64,000 nucleotides of DNA, taken from assembly GCA_030264375.1 (NCBI GenBank), contig JASCQW010000156.1, positions 19,613,620 through 19,677,619 of the forward strand. The letters run 5' to 3'. The position numbers were made by a program, and so were the translations under genes. The notes below the pieces were generated by a model. It did not search any database and was not told the DNA's origin. It saw only the letters and a program-made list of their open reading frames with translations. This document shows positions 57,501-64,000 of the stretch, in pieces. Origin of the DNA: Carcharhinus longimanus. Lineage: Eukaryota. How positions within the stretch are numbered: the first letter of the stretch is position 1; the number at the start of each line of letters is the position of its first letter.

Positions 57501-60500
57501 GAATGTTTCAGGGTTTTTCTGAATGGTAACAAGTTCTACACTAATCCTATACGCTCGGACTGGAAACCAGACGATGCTTTTTAAAACCCCAGTATTCTTC
57601 TCCATTTGAAATTGAAATCTCCCAAGGGGTTTCCCCCACAACCTGCTTATCTTGGTTGTGAGCATGGTTGTGTGCTTACTGACTCAATTTCCACAATTGC
57701 AAGCAGTGCATTGAACGGGATCATGTAGGAATAAAATCTGAGAACTGCAAGTAATCCATCTCCACCAGGCTTGCCATCCTTCTGTGAGGATTCTGTGCTG
57801 ATGGCCAAATGTTCGCAGCAATCTCATTGCATGACCCATCACATCCTCTGTGTGCAGGTTCTGCATGCCTGGCTGCTCGTCTTCTCTTTCAGTTTCTTTT
57901 TCTAAAGTGGTAAAAGGATTGTGTTTACTTTATTTAAAGTTCTCACGTGGTTTTCTTTTCTGTTGTTCCCTGAAAGTTGTGAGGCTGAATCCCTAAGCTC
58001 CTTAGACCGGTTAGTATCCCTCCTTTCTCTTTATCCTATTCTCTCTTATGTTTGTGTCTGTGTTCGTGGCATCTCACTATTTAGAACAACAGTAACCACG
58101 CACAATGTTGTCATTTGAACTGAAGACTCTTCAAAATAATACTGAACCCAAGAAATATGTTTAAATCCATGAAATCATCTTAAGCATATCAGACATCTTG
58201 TATGGATAGACCTCAAATTTCCCATCAATGTGGAAGTATGAATAACTTACCGGGCAATTGAATTCTGCAACAATATCTCCAGATTGCATGTATTTGTTTT
58301 TTAAAGCTGTCAGTATTTTGGTTCTTTTATCTCTTGAGAGGTTATATTGGCAAGTGCTTTTAGAGTAAATTAAGTTGGTGAGCTTTATTCATCAACAGCA
58401 ACTTGTGTTTATGTAGCACCTTTAACATGGTGGAATGTCCCATGGCGCTTCACAGGACGGTGGTCAAACAAAATTTGACATTAAGCAGGTATTGAGCAGA
58501 TGACCAAAAACCTGACCAAAGAGGTCGGTCTTAGCGGATACCTTAAAGGAAGAGAGAGACATAGAGCTGGGAAGGTTAGAGAGGGAATTCCATAGTTTTG
58601 GGCCTTGGAAGATGGAAGACCCCAATGGTGGAGCAATTAAAATTGGATCTGCGTAAAAGGCCAGAATTGGAGATGTGCGGATAAAGTTTTGTTTTTGATG
58701 TGAATGGTTTGAATATGAGTTCAGAAGTGAAATCTTCATAATTTTGCACAGTGCCAGAATAAATGGAAGAGCATGTAATGAGAGAGAACTCTATCAGATT
58801 CAGAAGGATTTTGACATTACAGTTAAATTAGTAATGTGGGACAGGACTTTAAATGTGGATAAGAATAAAATAAGAGAACAAGGATCCAAAGGGGGAAATG
58901 CTAAGTGGAAGAGTAGAGCAGTGAGCTGATACAATTACAGTGACTCACTATATTAAACAGTCACTATAGTCATTTGTTGCAGGACTAGAGGGATTTTGTA
59001 GAGGGATATTGATGTATACGGCATTAATTAGACTCCCATCTGAAATACTTGTGTTACCTGATCATCAGAATGCTTGTGTTGCCCTTTCAGCGATCAGGGA
59101 TGAATAACAAAGCTCATGTCCAGTTGATCTTGTTGAGATTTTGAAGATTGTGAATAGAACTGAATAATGTGGTACAGGGTCAGCATGGAAAACCTTCAGT
59201 GTGATAAAGGATTCAAGTACTATTTGAAGCAGCAATATCAATGGGTTTAGGAACTTAGAAGGAATTGAATGATATAGCAACAACGTGAATTGTTGGACTT
59301 GATCTTTTGGGCATGGATTTATTATAATTTTTGCTTTTGACTTTTGTCCATCCATATCCCAATGTTGTCTGCTGGATTTCAATTTTATAAAGCTTTTTCT
59401 GTAATCCTTCAGAACTGTTTCCATTCACTCAAAATCCATTTGCCTCCCTCCTTTGTCACTGTTGCAATTTTGATTTACATTGGAAGTCATTGTCTGAAGC
59501 TCTGAATTATCCCTCTCGGCCTAAGTTGTATAATGTTATAATAATCACATTCATTTAACTTTTCTAAGTATTAATTTGTACTGTTAATGTTCTTGTATAC
59601 AGTTACGATCCTTTGTTCAAAAACAAAACTATTTATGATGTGTGCTTCAGCTGCAAGGCTGCCTTTATTTTCCCTGAGTTGAGTTTGAACTCAACAAAAA
59701 TTTTCATCTGAAATGGCTTTTTAAATATGCTGTTAAGAAATGGTGCGCAGGCCCTTAGTTATCAGAAGTAAATTAACCATTTGAGCCTTGGAGGAAAATA
59801 TTGGTAATTCTGGTCTTAAGTATTGAATGTGTTCCAATTTTGGAGACATTCTTCTTTCCATCTTTTGTGAGAGCAACCAAAGAATAGAATTATCCTAGAA
59901 ATATTACTTGTTGGTTTAGGAAGTATCAAAGCCCTTTTATGTGTAGTTTATTAGTAAGAAACTCTCCTCCCTCTACCATTAATGAGTTCAGCAATTGAAA
60001 ATCATGTTTCTCTTTCTCTTTAGGCTGGTGGTGAGCTCAATGGAAGTGCTGGAAAGCTGCTTTGCTGTTGGATCCTCAACTGAAAAGGTAACCTTATTTG
60101 CCTTTGTGATATGGGGGAAGGGAGAGAAAGGGTTTGCGCTCTTTACTTGCTTAGTAATTAGTGAGGAAGGGCTGTTTGCTAGAAATTTCTTTTGATTTCT
60201 CATTTTCCACGTGTTCTATTTGAGGATATATAGAGAACGAGTTACTCAATGTAAAATCTGAGAACATATAAATTTACCTTTTAAATGTTTACTGACTATA
60301 TCTGTCCTCTCACAGGAAAAGAATAAACAGACAGCTTTGGAACTGGCCACCACATTGCTGTCAATGCCAACTCCATCCACTGTTCAGCAGCAAACAAAGG
60401 GGCTGCTGGCGAGTCTGCACAGTAGCCGTGGCAGTTATCACAATCACAAGGTAACGTGTGCTGATTAACTGCTTTTCACACACTTATGTGGAACCAATCT

Positions 60501-61133
60501 GTGTTAACACTAGTGGCGTCTGCAAGGCTATGTATTTATTATGGGGCTGAGAAGTGGAAACTTCACTGCTACAGTTTCACTGGTTTTGAAGAGCACAAGC
60601 CAGATAGTGACTGGGCTACAACGTTTAATGCATTTACAGCATGTTCGGAGCAGTACCGGGTGCACTGGACTGGCTTACTTTCAGATGTTGATGGAATCAG
60701 CTAAGCTTTCATGCCAAAATCTGTTTTGGCTTTCCCATTTCATTCTTCAACTCAGCAAGAAAATATATGCCATCATGTATAAGAGAAGATGCTGCAACAA
60801 GAGATACTTTGTTCTGCAAGTACTCTGGTGCTGTTTATAATACCAGAAAAGGATTGTGTGAAAGTGTAGCAGGCATTCAACTGGTTTGTAATGTACGAGT
60901 CACATAATTATACTATCCTCAGCAAGATGTGCTCAAATAGTTCTCTTTGTCTGATCAGGATCAAGCTCTGCTGAATAATGCTGTGCAGATTCTGAATACT
61001 TGGAACAAGGATGGTCGTGACCTTGATCCAGAAGTATTCCAGCGGCTGATAATCACAGCACGTTCCATTGCAATGATGCGACCCAATAACCTCGTGCACT
61101 TCACAGAGGTGAAAGCACCACAAACGGATAAAG
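371..61133 (+). CDS. UBR4: UBR4/p600 E3 ubiquitin ligase, internal multi-exon portion (gene extends beyond both window edges)
   Basis: Spliced exon translations match vertebrate UBR4 in order, from NTLLQQLG... to ...[10 protein letters not shown], including the UBR box [24 protein letters not shown]...[24 protein letters not shown]. All introns are GT-AG and phases agree. Confidence 0.97.
916..1198 (+). CDS. UBR4: UBR4 exon (FIGTLKQN...PIYLFEQ)
   Basis: gctag| acceptor, |gtaagg donor; [18 protein letters not shown] motif. Confidence 0.93.
1998..2355 (+). mobile_element. tRNA-derived shark SINE with L2-like tail
   Basis: A box tggcctagtgg, B box ggtttgaatcc, and tail aataaatg..cccat..atgaata. 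Same family at 30745-31085 (-), 56678-56995 (+) and 63875-64000 (+). Confidence 0.75.
3205..3810 (-). mobile_element. CR1 LINE 3' fragment (gapped)
   Basis: Minus-strand [26 protein letters not shown]. Confidence 0.9.
3925..4069 (+). CDS. UBR4: UBR4 exon (VQYNLLTPP...[16 protein letters not shown])
   Basis: ctttag| acceptor, |gtatgg donor; protein match. Confidence 0.92.
5047..5126 (+). CDS. UBR4: UBR4 exon ([12 protein letters not shown]...RLDEM)
   Basis: ccacag| acceptor, |gtgaga donor; phase 1 to 0 fits neighbours. Confidence 0.85.
5401..5529 (+). CDS. UBR4: UBR4 exon (ICDVLC...[10 protein letters not shown]...NATPL)
   Basis: Polypyrimidine tract with ccatag| acceptor, |gtaatg donor. 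Confidence 0.9.
6205..6318. mobile_element. Short MITE (Harbinger/Tourist-like)
   Basis: GGCCAGAATT...AAAATCCTGCCC termini; homologous to 35515-35632. Confidence 0.5.
6444..6626 (+). CDS. UBR4: UBR4 exon ([17 protein letters not shown]...YVTWIK)
   Basis: ttcaag| acceptor, |gtacca donor; near-identical to UBR4. Confidence 0.93.
7370..7492 (+). CDS. UBR4: UBR4 exon (DHLVRQGMK...EEYVARQ)
   Basis: gtaaag| acceptor, |gtaaga donor. Confidence 0.9.
7680..8262 (+). mobile_element. Degenerate RTE-clade LINE 3' end
   Basis: From ~8038 it translates as KRRWTYM...[17 protein letters not shown], resembling the RTE C-terminal RRWxWxGH...WNPxGKRxRGRP motif. Confidence 0.5.
8474..8612 (+). CDS. UBR4: UBR4 exon, 3' end lost in N gap (ISSYCAID...[11 protein letters not shown])
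   Basis: atttag| acceptor; runs into the gap at 8613. Confidence 0.9.
9211..9285 (-). mobile_element. CR1 LINE RT fragment
   Basis: [25 protein letters not shown] (FADD motif). Confidence 0.85.
9431..9712 (+). mobile_element. HE1/V-SINE
   Basis: cagtggttagc...ggttcaatt...ggagtttgcacgttctcccc...ggtttcctcccacactccaaagatgtgc V-domain and a CR1-like tail. Confidence 0.85.
10091..10212 (+). CDS. UBR4: UBR4 exon (SYLLRSL...[13 protein letters not shown])
   Basis: attag| acceptor, |gtaagg donor. Confidence 0.9.
10924..11688. mobile_element. hAT (Charlie-like) non-autonomous DNA transposon
   Basis: TIRs CAGTGATTTTTTTCCAACC / GGTTGGGAACCACTG; degenerate 8-bp TSD CTATATAG / CTGTACAA. Confidence 0.65.
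11813..11910 (+). CDS. UBR4: UBR4 exon ([12 protein letters not shown]...FPNIGSW)
   Basis: ttgcag| acceptor, |gtaagt donor. Confidence 0.92.
12919..13076 (+). CDS. UBR4: UBR4 exon ([10 protein letters not shown]...RLTGDLIV)
   Basis: ttgtag| acceptor, |gtaagt donor. Confidence 0.93.
13670..13882 (+). CDS. UBR4: UBR4 exon ([10 protein letters not shown]...NHSDPNS)
   Basis: taccag| acceptor, |gtaatt donor; [19 protein letters not shown]. Confidence 0.92.
14220..14425 (-). mobile_element. L2/CR1-clade LINE 3' end
   Basis: Minus-strand frames give HHPDLELY / [10 protein letters not shown]; shares its tail with the SINE at 1998. Confidence 0.7.
14832..14975 (-). mobile_element. Penelope-like element terminal fragment
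   Basis: Reverse complement cacctgacgaaggaacagtattccaaaagctt...aataaacctgttggactttaacctggtgtt. Confidence 0.6.
16934..17035 (+). CDS. UBR4: UBR4 exon ([13 protein letters not shown]...MEEFFSE)
   Basis: ccacag| acceptor, |gtaaaa donor. Confidence 0.92.
17651..17751 (+). CDS. UBR4: UBR4 exon ([15 protein letters not shown]...FTKLFQL)
   Basis: ttgcag| acceptor, |gtgagt donor. Confidence 0.93.
17920..18153 (+). mobile_element. HE1/V-SINE (5' truncated)
   Basis: Same V-domain and tail as 9431-9712. Confidence 0.8.
18548..19198 (-). repeat. Left LTR-like unit (reverse orientation), 651 bp
   Basis: On the minus strand it reads TGTTATCGGACAAC...GGTATAAC (18704-18711)...AATAAA (18611-18616)...GCGCTAACA. 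Confidence 0.75.
19199..23165 (-). repeat. Tandem array (~1.65-kb period, units A, B and partial C) of highly diverged LINE (L2/CR1-clade) 3' fragments plus an unassigned module
   Basis: Units align with one another, for example 19830-20215 vs 21630-22005 and 20425-20640 vs 22077-22295. They also align loosely with the less diverged LINE fragments at 14220-14425 and 15285-15500. Confidence 0.7.
23305..23324. promoter_or_regulatory. Perfect 20-bp palindrome containing an NRF1-type site
   Basis: GAACTGCGCATGCGCAGTTC, inside a CpG-rich stretch. Confidence 0.5.
23383..23703 (+). pseudogene. MRPL55: Processed copy of mitochondrial ribosomal protein L55 (mL55/bL31m), 5' end defective
   Basis: [58 protein letters not shown]...YSKFWTKK* resembles MRPL55 (RQAYARLYPVLLV..DGSTIHIRYREP...MPIDL...FWTRTKK). 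It is intronless, with an in-frame TGA at 23380 and no upstream ATG. Confidence 0.88.
24330..24485 (+). pseudogene. RPL39: Processed pseudogene of cytosolic ribosomal protein L39 (eL39)
   Basis: [50 protein letters not shown] vs RPL39 [51 protein letters not shown]. Intronless, with a premature TGA at 24360 and the native stop position reading GAA. Confidence 0.95.
24830..25134 (-). repeat. Fourth partial unit (D) of the diverged LINE-derived array
   Basis: gatccgaatgctacctgtcacttctcagtcaaacctggag corresponds to gggcccgaatgttacttgtcaatgctcagtccaaaccggg in unit A. Confidence 0.65.
25135..25783 (+). repeat. Right LTR-like unit, 649 bp
   Basis: TGTTATCGGACAAC start, octamer ATGCAAAT 25266-25273, TATA-like GGTATAAC 25627-25634, AATAAA 25714-25719, GCGCTAACA end. 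Confidence 0.75.
26457..26965 (-). mobile_element. CR1 LINE 3' end
   Basis: Minus strand [13 protein letters not shown] motif; the 3' UTR is shared with 46523-46625 and 34928-34995. Confidence 0.85.
27539..27727 (+). CDS. UBR4: UBR4 exon ([11 protein letters not shown]...AVDWLGK)
   Basis: ctttag| acceptor, |gtgagt donor; [22 protein letters not shown]. Confidence 0.93.
27965..28028 (+). CDS. UBR4: UBR4 exon (KKYLSQKNV...TQGK)
   Basis: tttcag| acceptor, |gtgagt donor. Confidence 0.9.
28281..28472 (+). CDS. UBR4: UBR4 exon ([15 protein letters not shown]...EEDSQAEDS)
   Basis: gtgcag| acceptor, |gtgagt donor. Confidence 0.93.
28583..28653 (+). CDS. UBR4: UBR4 exon, start of the UBR box ([24 protein letters not shown])
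   Basis: ctgcag| acceptor, |gtgaga donor. Confidence 0.94.
28878..29270 (-). mobile_element. SacSINE1-like DeuSINE
   Basis: Reverse complement contains ggaggtgccatctttcaag...ggcactattttgaaggggagttctcc...ttgctgtttgtgg...tttcctacattacaac. Confidence 0.7.
29799..29946 (+). CDS. UBR4: UBR4 exon, UBR-box zinc finger (YHCHTCKM...[12 protein letters not shown])
   Basis: tttcag| acceptor, |gtatgt donor; Cys/His pattern of the UBR box. Confidence 0.95.
30745..31085 (-). mobile_element. tRNA-derived SINE (same family as 1998-2355)
   Basis: Reverse-complement similarity to 1998-2355. Confidence 0.75.
31150..32060 (-). mobile_element. Degenerate CR1 ORF2 endonuclease-region fragment
   Basis: Minus-strand SDSDHNVIG motif and GDFNL (attaaagtcacccat). 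Confidence 0.6.
32068..32335 (-). mobile_element. HE1/V-SINE variant
   Basis: aaatttatttattagtc...gaggaaacccatgcagacatggggaga...gggaattgaacccaggtccctgg; same family at 50671-50970. Confidence 0.8.
33084..33317 (+). CDS. UBR4: UBR4 exon ([10 protein letters not shown]...REELQCQ[V]); end is 33314 or 33317
   Basis: ccgcag| acceptor; tandem donors CAG|GTG|GTGAGT. Confidence 0.9.
34200..34285. repeat. Degenerate (TG)n microsatellite
   Basis: gtgtgtgtgt runs. Confidence 0.7.
35373..35815 (-). mobile_element. HE1/V-SINE with a nested MITE at 35515-35632
   Basis: The SINE is interrupted by GAGCAGGATTTTC...GAAAATTCTGCCC, flanked by CAA/TAA (a probable TAA TSD). Confidence 0.75.
36432..36558 (+). 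repeat. About two copies of a ~68-bp shark minisatellite-like unit
   Basis: cagagcaaagctcccttttatagtgttccatcaaacattccc vs cagagtcatgcatccctctgcactgtcccatcaaacacttcc. Confidence 0.55.
37130..37300 (+). CDS. UBR4: UBR4 exon ([13 protein letters not shown]...EMTDQLM)
   Basis: tcccag| acceptor, |gtacgc donor; [24 protein letters not shown]. Confidence 0.92.
38058..38218 (+). CDS. UBR4: UBR4 exon, 3' end in N gap ([16 protein letters not shown]...GRRQHL)
   Basis: ttgtag| acceptor; runs into the gap at 38219. Confidence 0.92.
39709..39867 (+). CDS. UBR4: UBR4 exon ([15 protein letters not shown]...LAVCGLK)
   Basis: ttgtag| acceptor, |gtaagt donor. Confidence 0.94.
40010..40405 (+). mobile_element. 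Degenerate CR1 LINE 3' fragment
   Basis: cagctgga..tgtgtccaattctgg...aggaggata and gtaatctggaatgtactgcctg CR1 motifs. Confidence 0.65.
41033..41185 (+). CDS. UBR4: UBR4 exon (DCHVLTFS...TADFVK)
   Basis: ctccag| acceptor, |gtaaga donor. Confidence 0.94.
41991..42218 (+). CDS. UBR4: UBR4 exon ([11 protein letters not shown]...THEDLK)
   Basis: tcgcag| acceptor, |gtttgt donor. Confidence 0.93.
43848..44005 (+). CDS. UBR4: UBR4 exon ([17 protein letters not shown]...FPINLK)
   Basis: ttccag| acceptor, |gtaagt donor. Confidence 0.94.
44308..45395. mobile_element. HE1 SINE (-) split by an insert ending in a CR1 3' fragment (+)
   Basis: SINE halves at ~44308-44500 and ~45315-45395; CR1 [29 protein letters not shown] at ~44836-44930. 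Confidence 0.7.
45464..45638 (+). CDS. UBR4: UBR4 exon (SNGGSGK...[12 protein letters not shown]...PAKAK)
   Basis: ctgcag| acceptor, |gtcagt donor. Confidence 0.94.
46345..46625 (+). mobile_element. CR1 LINE 3' end (gapped)
   Basis: [20 protein letters not shown] and a ctcctatttcttatgttcttatg tail. Confidence 0.85.
47988..48320 (+). CDS. UBR4: UBR4 exon (IQDMVAIRH...[11 protein letters not shown]), split by a spurious 100-N gap with a 31-bp overlap
   Basis: ttttag| acceptor, |gtaagg donor; 48138-48168 is repeated at 48269-48299. Confidence 0.92.
48803..49037 (-). mobile_element. Solo LTR with 5-bp TSD
   Basis: TGTAAT...ATTACA termini flanked on both sides by CTTCC; AATAAA on the minus strand. 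Confidence 0.8.
49816..49979 (+). CDS. UBR4: UBR4 exon ([16 protein letters not shown]...YVASTK)
   Basis: tcacag| acceptor, |gtatga donor. Confidence 0.94.
50671..50970 (-). mobile_element. HE1/V-SINE variant
   Basis: Full-length reverse copy ending ...gctaaccactgtgccgcc. Confidence 0.85.
52315..52531 (+). CDS. UBR4: UBR4 exon (PGGFTVE...QADKKLTIF)
   Basis: ttacag| acceptor, |gtaagt donor. Confidence 0.94.
52922..53138 (+). CDS. UBR4: UBR4 exon ([11 protein letters not shown]...SGSVLE)
   Basis: ttgcag| acceptor, |gtaagc donor. Confidence 0.94.
53700..56650 (+). mobile_element. Highly degenerate L2-type LINE region with younger nested fragments
   Basis: Long pyrimidine-rich tract with L2-like motifs (cttgatctgcctgcagtcattgac; ggaactccatccctaaactc). 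A separate LINE tail aataaatcaaatcaaa lies at ~54358. Confidence 0.5.
56678..56995 (+). mobile_element. tRNA-derived SINE (same family as 1998-2355)
   Basis: tggcatagtgg...gggttcaaattcc...ctggttcactaatgtcctttagggaagg. Confidence 0.75.
57977..58009 (+). CDS. UBR4: Putative alternative 33-nt UBR4 exon ([S][10 protein letters not shown][R])
   Basis: Polypyrimidine tract with ctgaaag| acceptor and |gttagt donor. Phase 2-2 and frame-preserving between 53138 and 60024; nearby TGCATG motifs. Confidence 0.7.
60024..60087 (+). CDS. UBR4: UBR4 exon ([21 protein letters not shown])
   Basis: ctttag| acceptor, |gtaacc donor. Confidence 0.92.
60316..60450 (+). CDS. UBR4: UBR4 exon ([12 protein letters not shown]...YHNHK)
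   Basis: tcacag| acceptor, |gtaacg donor. Confidence 0.92.
60959..61133 (+). CDS. UBR4: UBR4 exon ([10 protein letters not shown]...DPEVFQRL...QTDK)
   Basis: gatcag| acceptor, |gtgagc donor. Confidence 0.93.
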
Positions 61134-61199
61134 GTGAGCAAATTCAGAAAATACTGGAAGTATCCCAACAGGCTGCTGTATCAATAAAGAGAATGGATG

Positions 61200-62000
61200 A
61201 ACATAGAACAGTACAGCACAGTACAGGCCCTTCGGCCCTCAATGTTGTGCTGAGCTATGTCCAAACCCAAGATCANNNNNNNNNNNNNNNNNNNNNNNNN
61301 NNNNNNNNNNNNNNNNNNNNNNNNNNNNNNNNNNNNNNNNNNNNNNNNNNNNNNNNNNNNNNNNNNNNNNNNNNNNNNNNNNNNNNNNNNNNNNNNNNNN
61401 NNNNNNNNNNNNNNNNNNNNNNNNNNNNNNNNNNNNNNNNNNNNNNNNNNNNNNNNNNNNNNNNNNNNNNNNNNNNNNNNNNNNNNNNNNNNNNNNNNNN
61501 NNNNNNNNNNNNNNNNNNNNNNNNNNNNNNNNNNNNNNNNNNNNNNNNNNNNNNNNNNNNNNNNNNNNNNNNNNNNNNNNNNNNNNNNNNNNNNNNNNNN
61601 NNNNNNNNNNNNNNNNNNNNNNNNNNNNNNNNNNNNNNNNNNNNNNNNNNNNNNNNNNNNNNNNNNNNNNNNNNNNNNNNNNNNNNNNNNNNNNNNNNNN
61701 NNNNNNNNNNNNNNNNNNNNNNNNNNNNNNNNNNNNNNNNNNNNNNNNNNNNNNNNNNNNNNNAATCTTTCCTCATAAGACCTACCCTCCAAACCAGGCA
61801 GCATCCTGGTAAATCTCCTCTGCACTCTCTCCAATGCTTCTGCAACCTTCTTGTAGTGAGGTGACCAGAACTGCACACAATATTCCAAATGTGATCTCAT
61901 CAAGGTCGTTGACCCTGTAATCCACATTCAATTTTGTCCTACCAAAATGAATCACCTCGCACTTATCAGGGTTAAACTCCATCTGCCACTTTTCTGCCCA
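61200..62000 (-). mobile_element. CR1 LINE 3' fragment (gapped)
   Basis: MEFNPDKCEVIHFG and [15 protein letters not shown]...[15 protein letters not shown]. Confidence 0.9.
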
Positions 62001-64000
62001 GCAGAAAAGTTAGTGTTCTGAGTATAGGTATTGCATCAGGATTCGAAACAGGAAGCGAATAAAACAAGATAGTATTGTAGAAGGGGAAAGACAGAAGCAG
62101 ATATCAAAAACTAGAGGGGTTAAATGTCCAGCCAAATTGGTTTTGAAAAGGTGACAAAAATGCTAACAATTAGGCAACATTCAACTGAGCGAAGATAGTC
62201 AACGTGCCAGTTACAGATTCCCATCAAAACTATGTTGTATAAAAACAGGAGCAGAGTATTTAGTTCTATGAGCCTGTTCCACTATTCTGTTAGGTCTCAG
62301 CTGATTTATAATTCAACTCCATTTACCCACCTTTGATCCATATCTTTTGATATCCTTGCAGAATAAAATCTGTCTAACTTAGTTTTGAAAATTCTAACAG
62401 GCCCAACATCCAGAGGCTTGGGTTGTGAGTTTCAGATTTTTATTACTCCCTGTATGGGAGGGAGGTGCGGAAACCACTGATTTCACTCCAGAGTGCCCCA
62501 GATGTAGTCTAAGTACCTTAATTAGATATCTGCTTAATTGTCTAAACTCAAGGGACTATTAACCAAGTTTTTGCAACGTTTCGTCTTATTTAACCCATCA
62601 AGACCTGGTACCATTCTGGTAAATCTGTATCCAACCCCAGGCCAGTAAATCTTTGCTGAGGTTAGCATCCCAAAGCAGGGCTTTGTACAACTGAAGTATC
62701 GCTGCCTCCAGCCCCCTGATTTGCTGATTCCCTTTTTATGCCCTGCGCTAGCTTTTGGGTGAAATTCTCGTGAACAGATTGCAGGAAGTACACTTAATGT
62801 TTGTTAGGGAGGAAATGTTTGGGGCTTTGAACAGTGCTGTAGGAAGAGGTTAAGGAATAGATTTGCAATATGTTTGGCAGCTGACCATTGGGCTGGGAGT
62901 ATGACCAAGTTTCCTTGAAGGATAATCTATCTGGACAGGAGAATAAAAATGTGTTTAATGTGGGACTGTTATAGTTAATGGAAATGGTAGGAGTGATGTA
63001 ATGAATGTAAAGGAGGTGAAGGTAAGAGGATGTCATAGTACAATACATAATACGCTTAATCTTAGATTGTCATTGTCTTGCATTAGCTGATCTTGCCAAA
63101 TGCAAGCAGATTTTGTATGTCTCTATTCCACTGTGGACCAGTTACAAATAGGATAGTAATGCTTTGTTCATGTGTGCTCTGCCCAAAGGCTGCCTGCTGA
63201 TGTTTTCTTGACAGTTTTTGTCAGTGATGGTTTGTGAATACCTTCCACTTATAGGGATAGGTTAAGGAGACAGATCCTCAGTCTGCTGGAACAGGAATTG
63301 AACTGTATTGTTGACACTATTCTGAGCCACATTCCAGCCATTTAGCCAACTGAGCTGACAGATAATCAGGATATTTCAGCAAGATCCAGACACTTGAATA
63401 AGCTACATTTACTATTCATCAGTTCAAATTGTTATCTTGGTTCCAGTAAAACTATATTCAAAATGAATGTTTACCGTTCATCCAGCAGCATCTGTTAACC
63501 ATTCTGAATCCACAGTAGCAGGATTGCGTAATGCTGACTGTTGGTAATGAATTTTTAATCTTTACAATGATGTAATATCTGCTACTGGGTGGGTGAATAA
63601 TCTGCCAAGACTGAAGTCTGGTCTTGTGTATAGATTAAACAAAAACAGATTTGATAAATCACTTTCAGCAGAGAAGTGTTCCTTATACTGACTGAAGGTT
63701 ACCATGCATGGGGAGTTAAACAATCAGCATTGTGCAGTCAAGACCTGTTAGAGCATTGCATCTTGTTGGAGTGCTGGGCAGTTAATCTGAGTATTTGTAT
63801 GTGAATATTAGTGCAGATCAAGACAAATGACAGGGTTTCATGTGAACATTTTCAACCAATAGCTGAATACACTTCACAGTGGTTATTTTGTTGGACTTGT
63901 GATGCCAGAAGCCCGGACTAATAATCTAGAGACATGAGTTCACATTCCGCCATAGTATTCTGTAATTTGAACTGATTTTAAAAAATCTTAAAATAAAAGG

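Noticed and set aside
1-64000. CRISPR arrays, operons, rRNA or true tRNA genes
   Set aside because: This is eukaryotic intron-exon DNA. The tRNA-like A/B boxes belong to SINE heads, and no regularly spaced repeat-spacer array was seen.

Overview
Vertebrate genomic DNA, almost certainly from a shark: it carries HE1/V-SINEs, SacSINE1-like DeuSINEs, CR1/HER1 LINEs and Penelope fragments. The window holds an internal, + strand portion of the giant E3 ligase gene UBR4 (p600). I traced 34 constitutive coding exons with GT-AG splice sites and consistent phases from 371 to 61133, including the UBR-box zinc finger. One expected exon is not visible and is probably in an N gap, and there is a likely 33-nt alternative exon at 57977-58009. 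The introns are mostly ordinary shark repeats. The exception is a 7.2-kb composite at 18548-25783. It is bounded by two inverted ~650-bp LTR-like units (TGTTA...TAACA) whose outer 17 bp are identical. Inside are a tandem array of very diverged antisense LINE-derived units and a CpG-rich element with a perfect 20-bp NRF1-type palindrome. That element carries processed copies of MRPL55 and RPL39. Repeat boundaries and identity values are visual estimates; repeat families and comparisons to human UBR4 are from recall, not searches.
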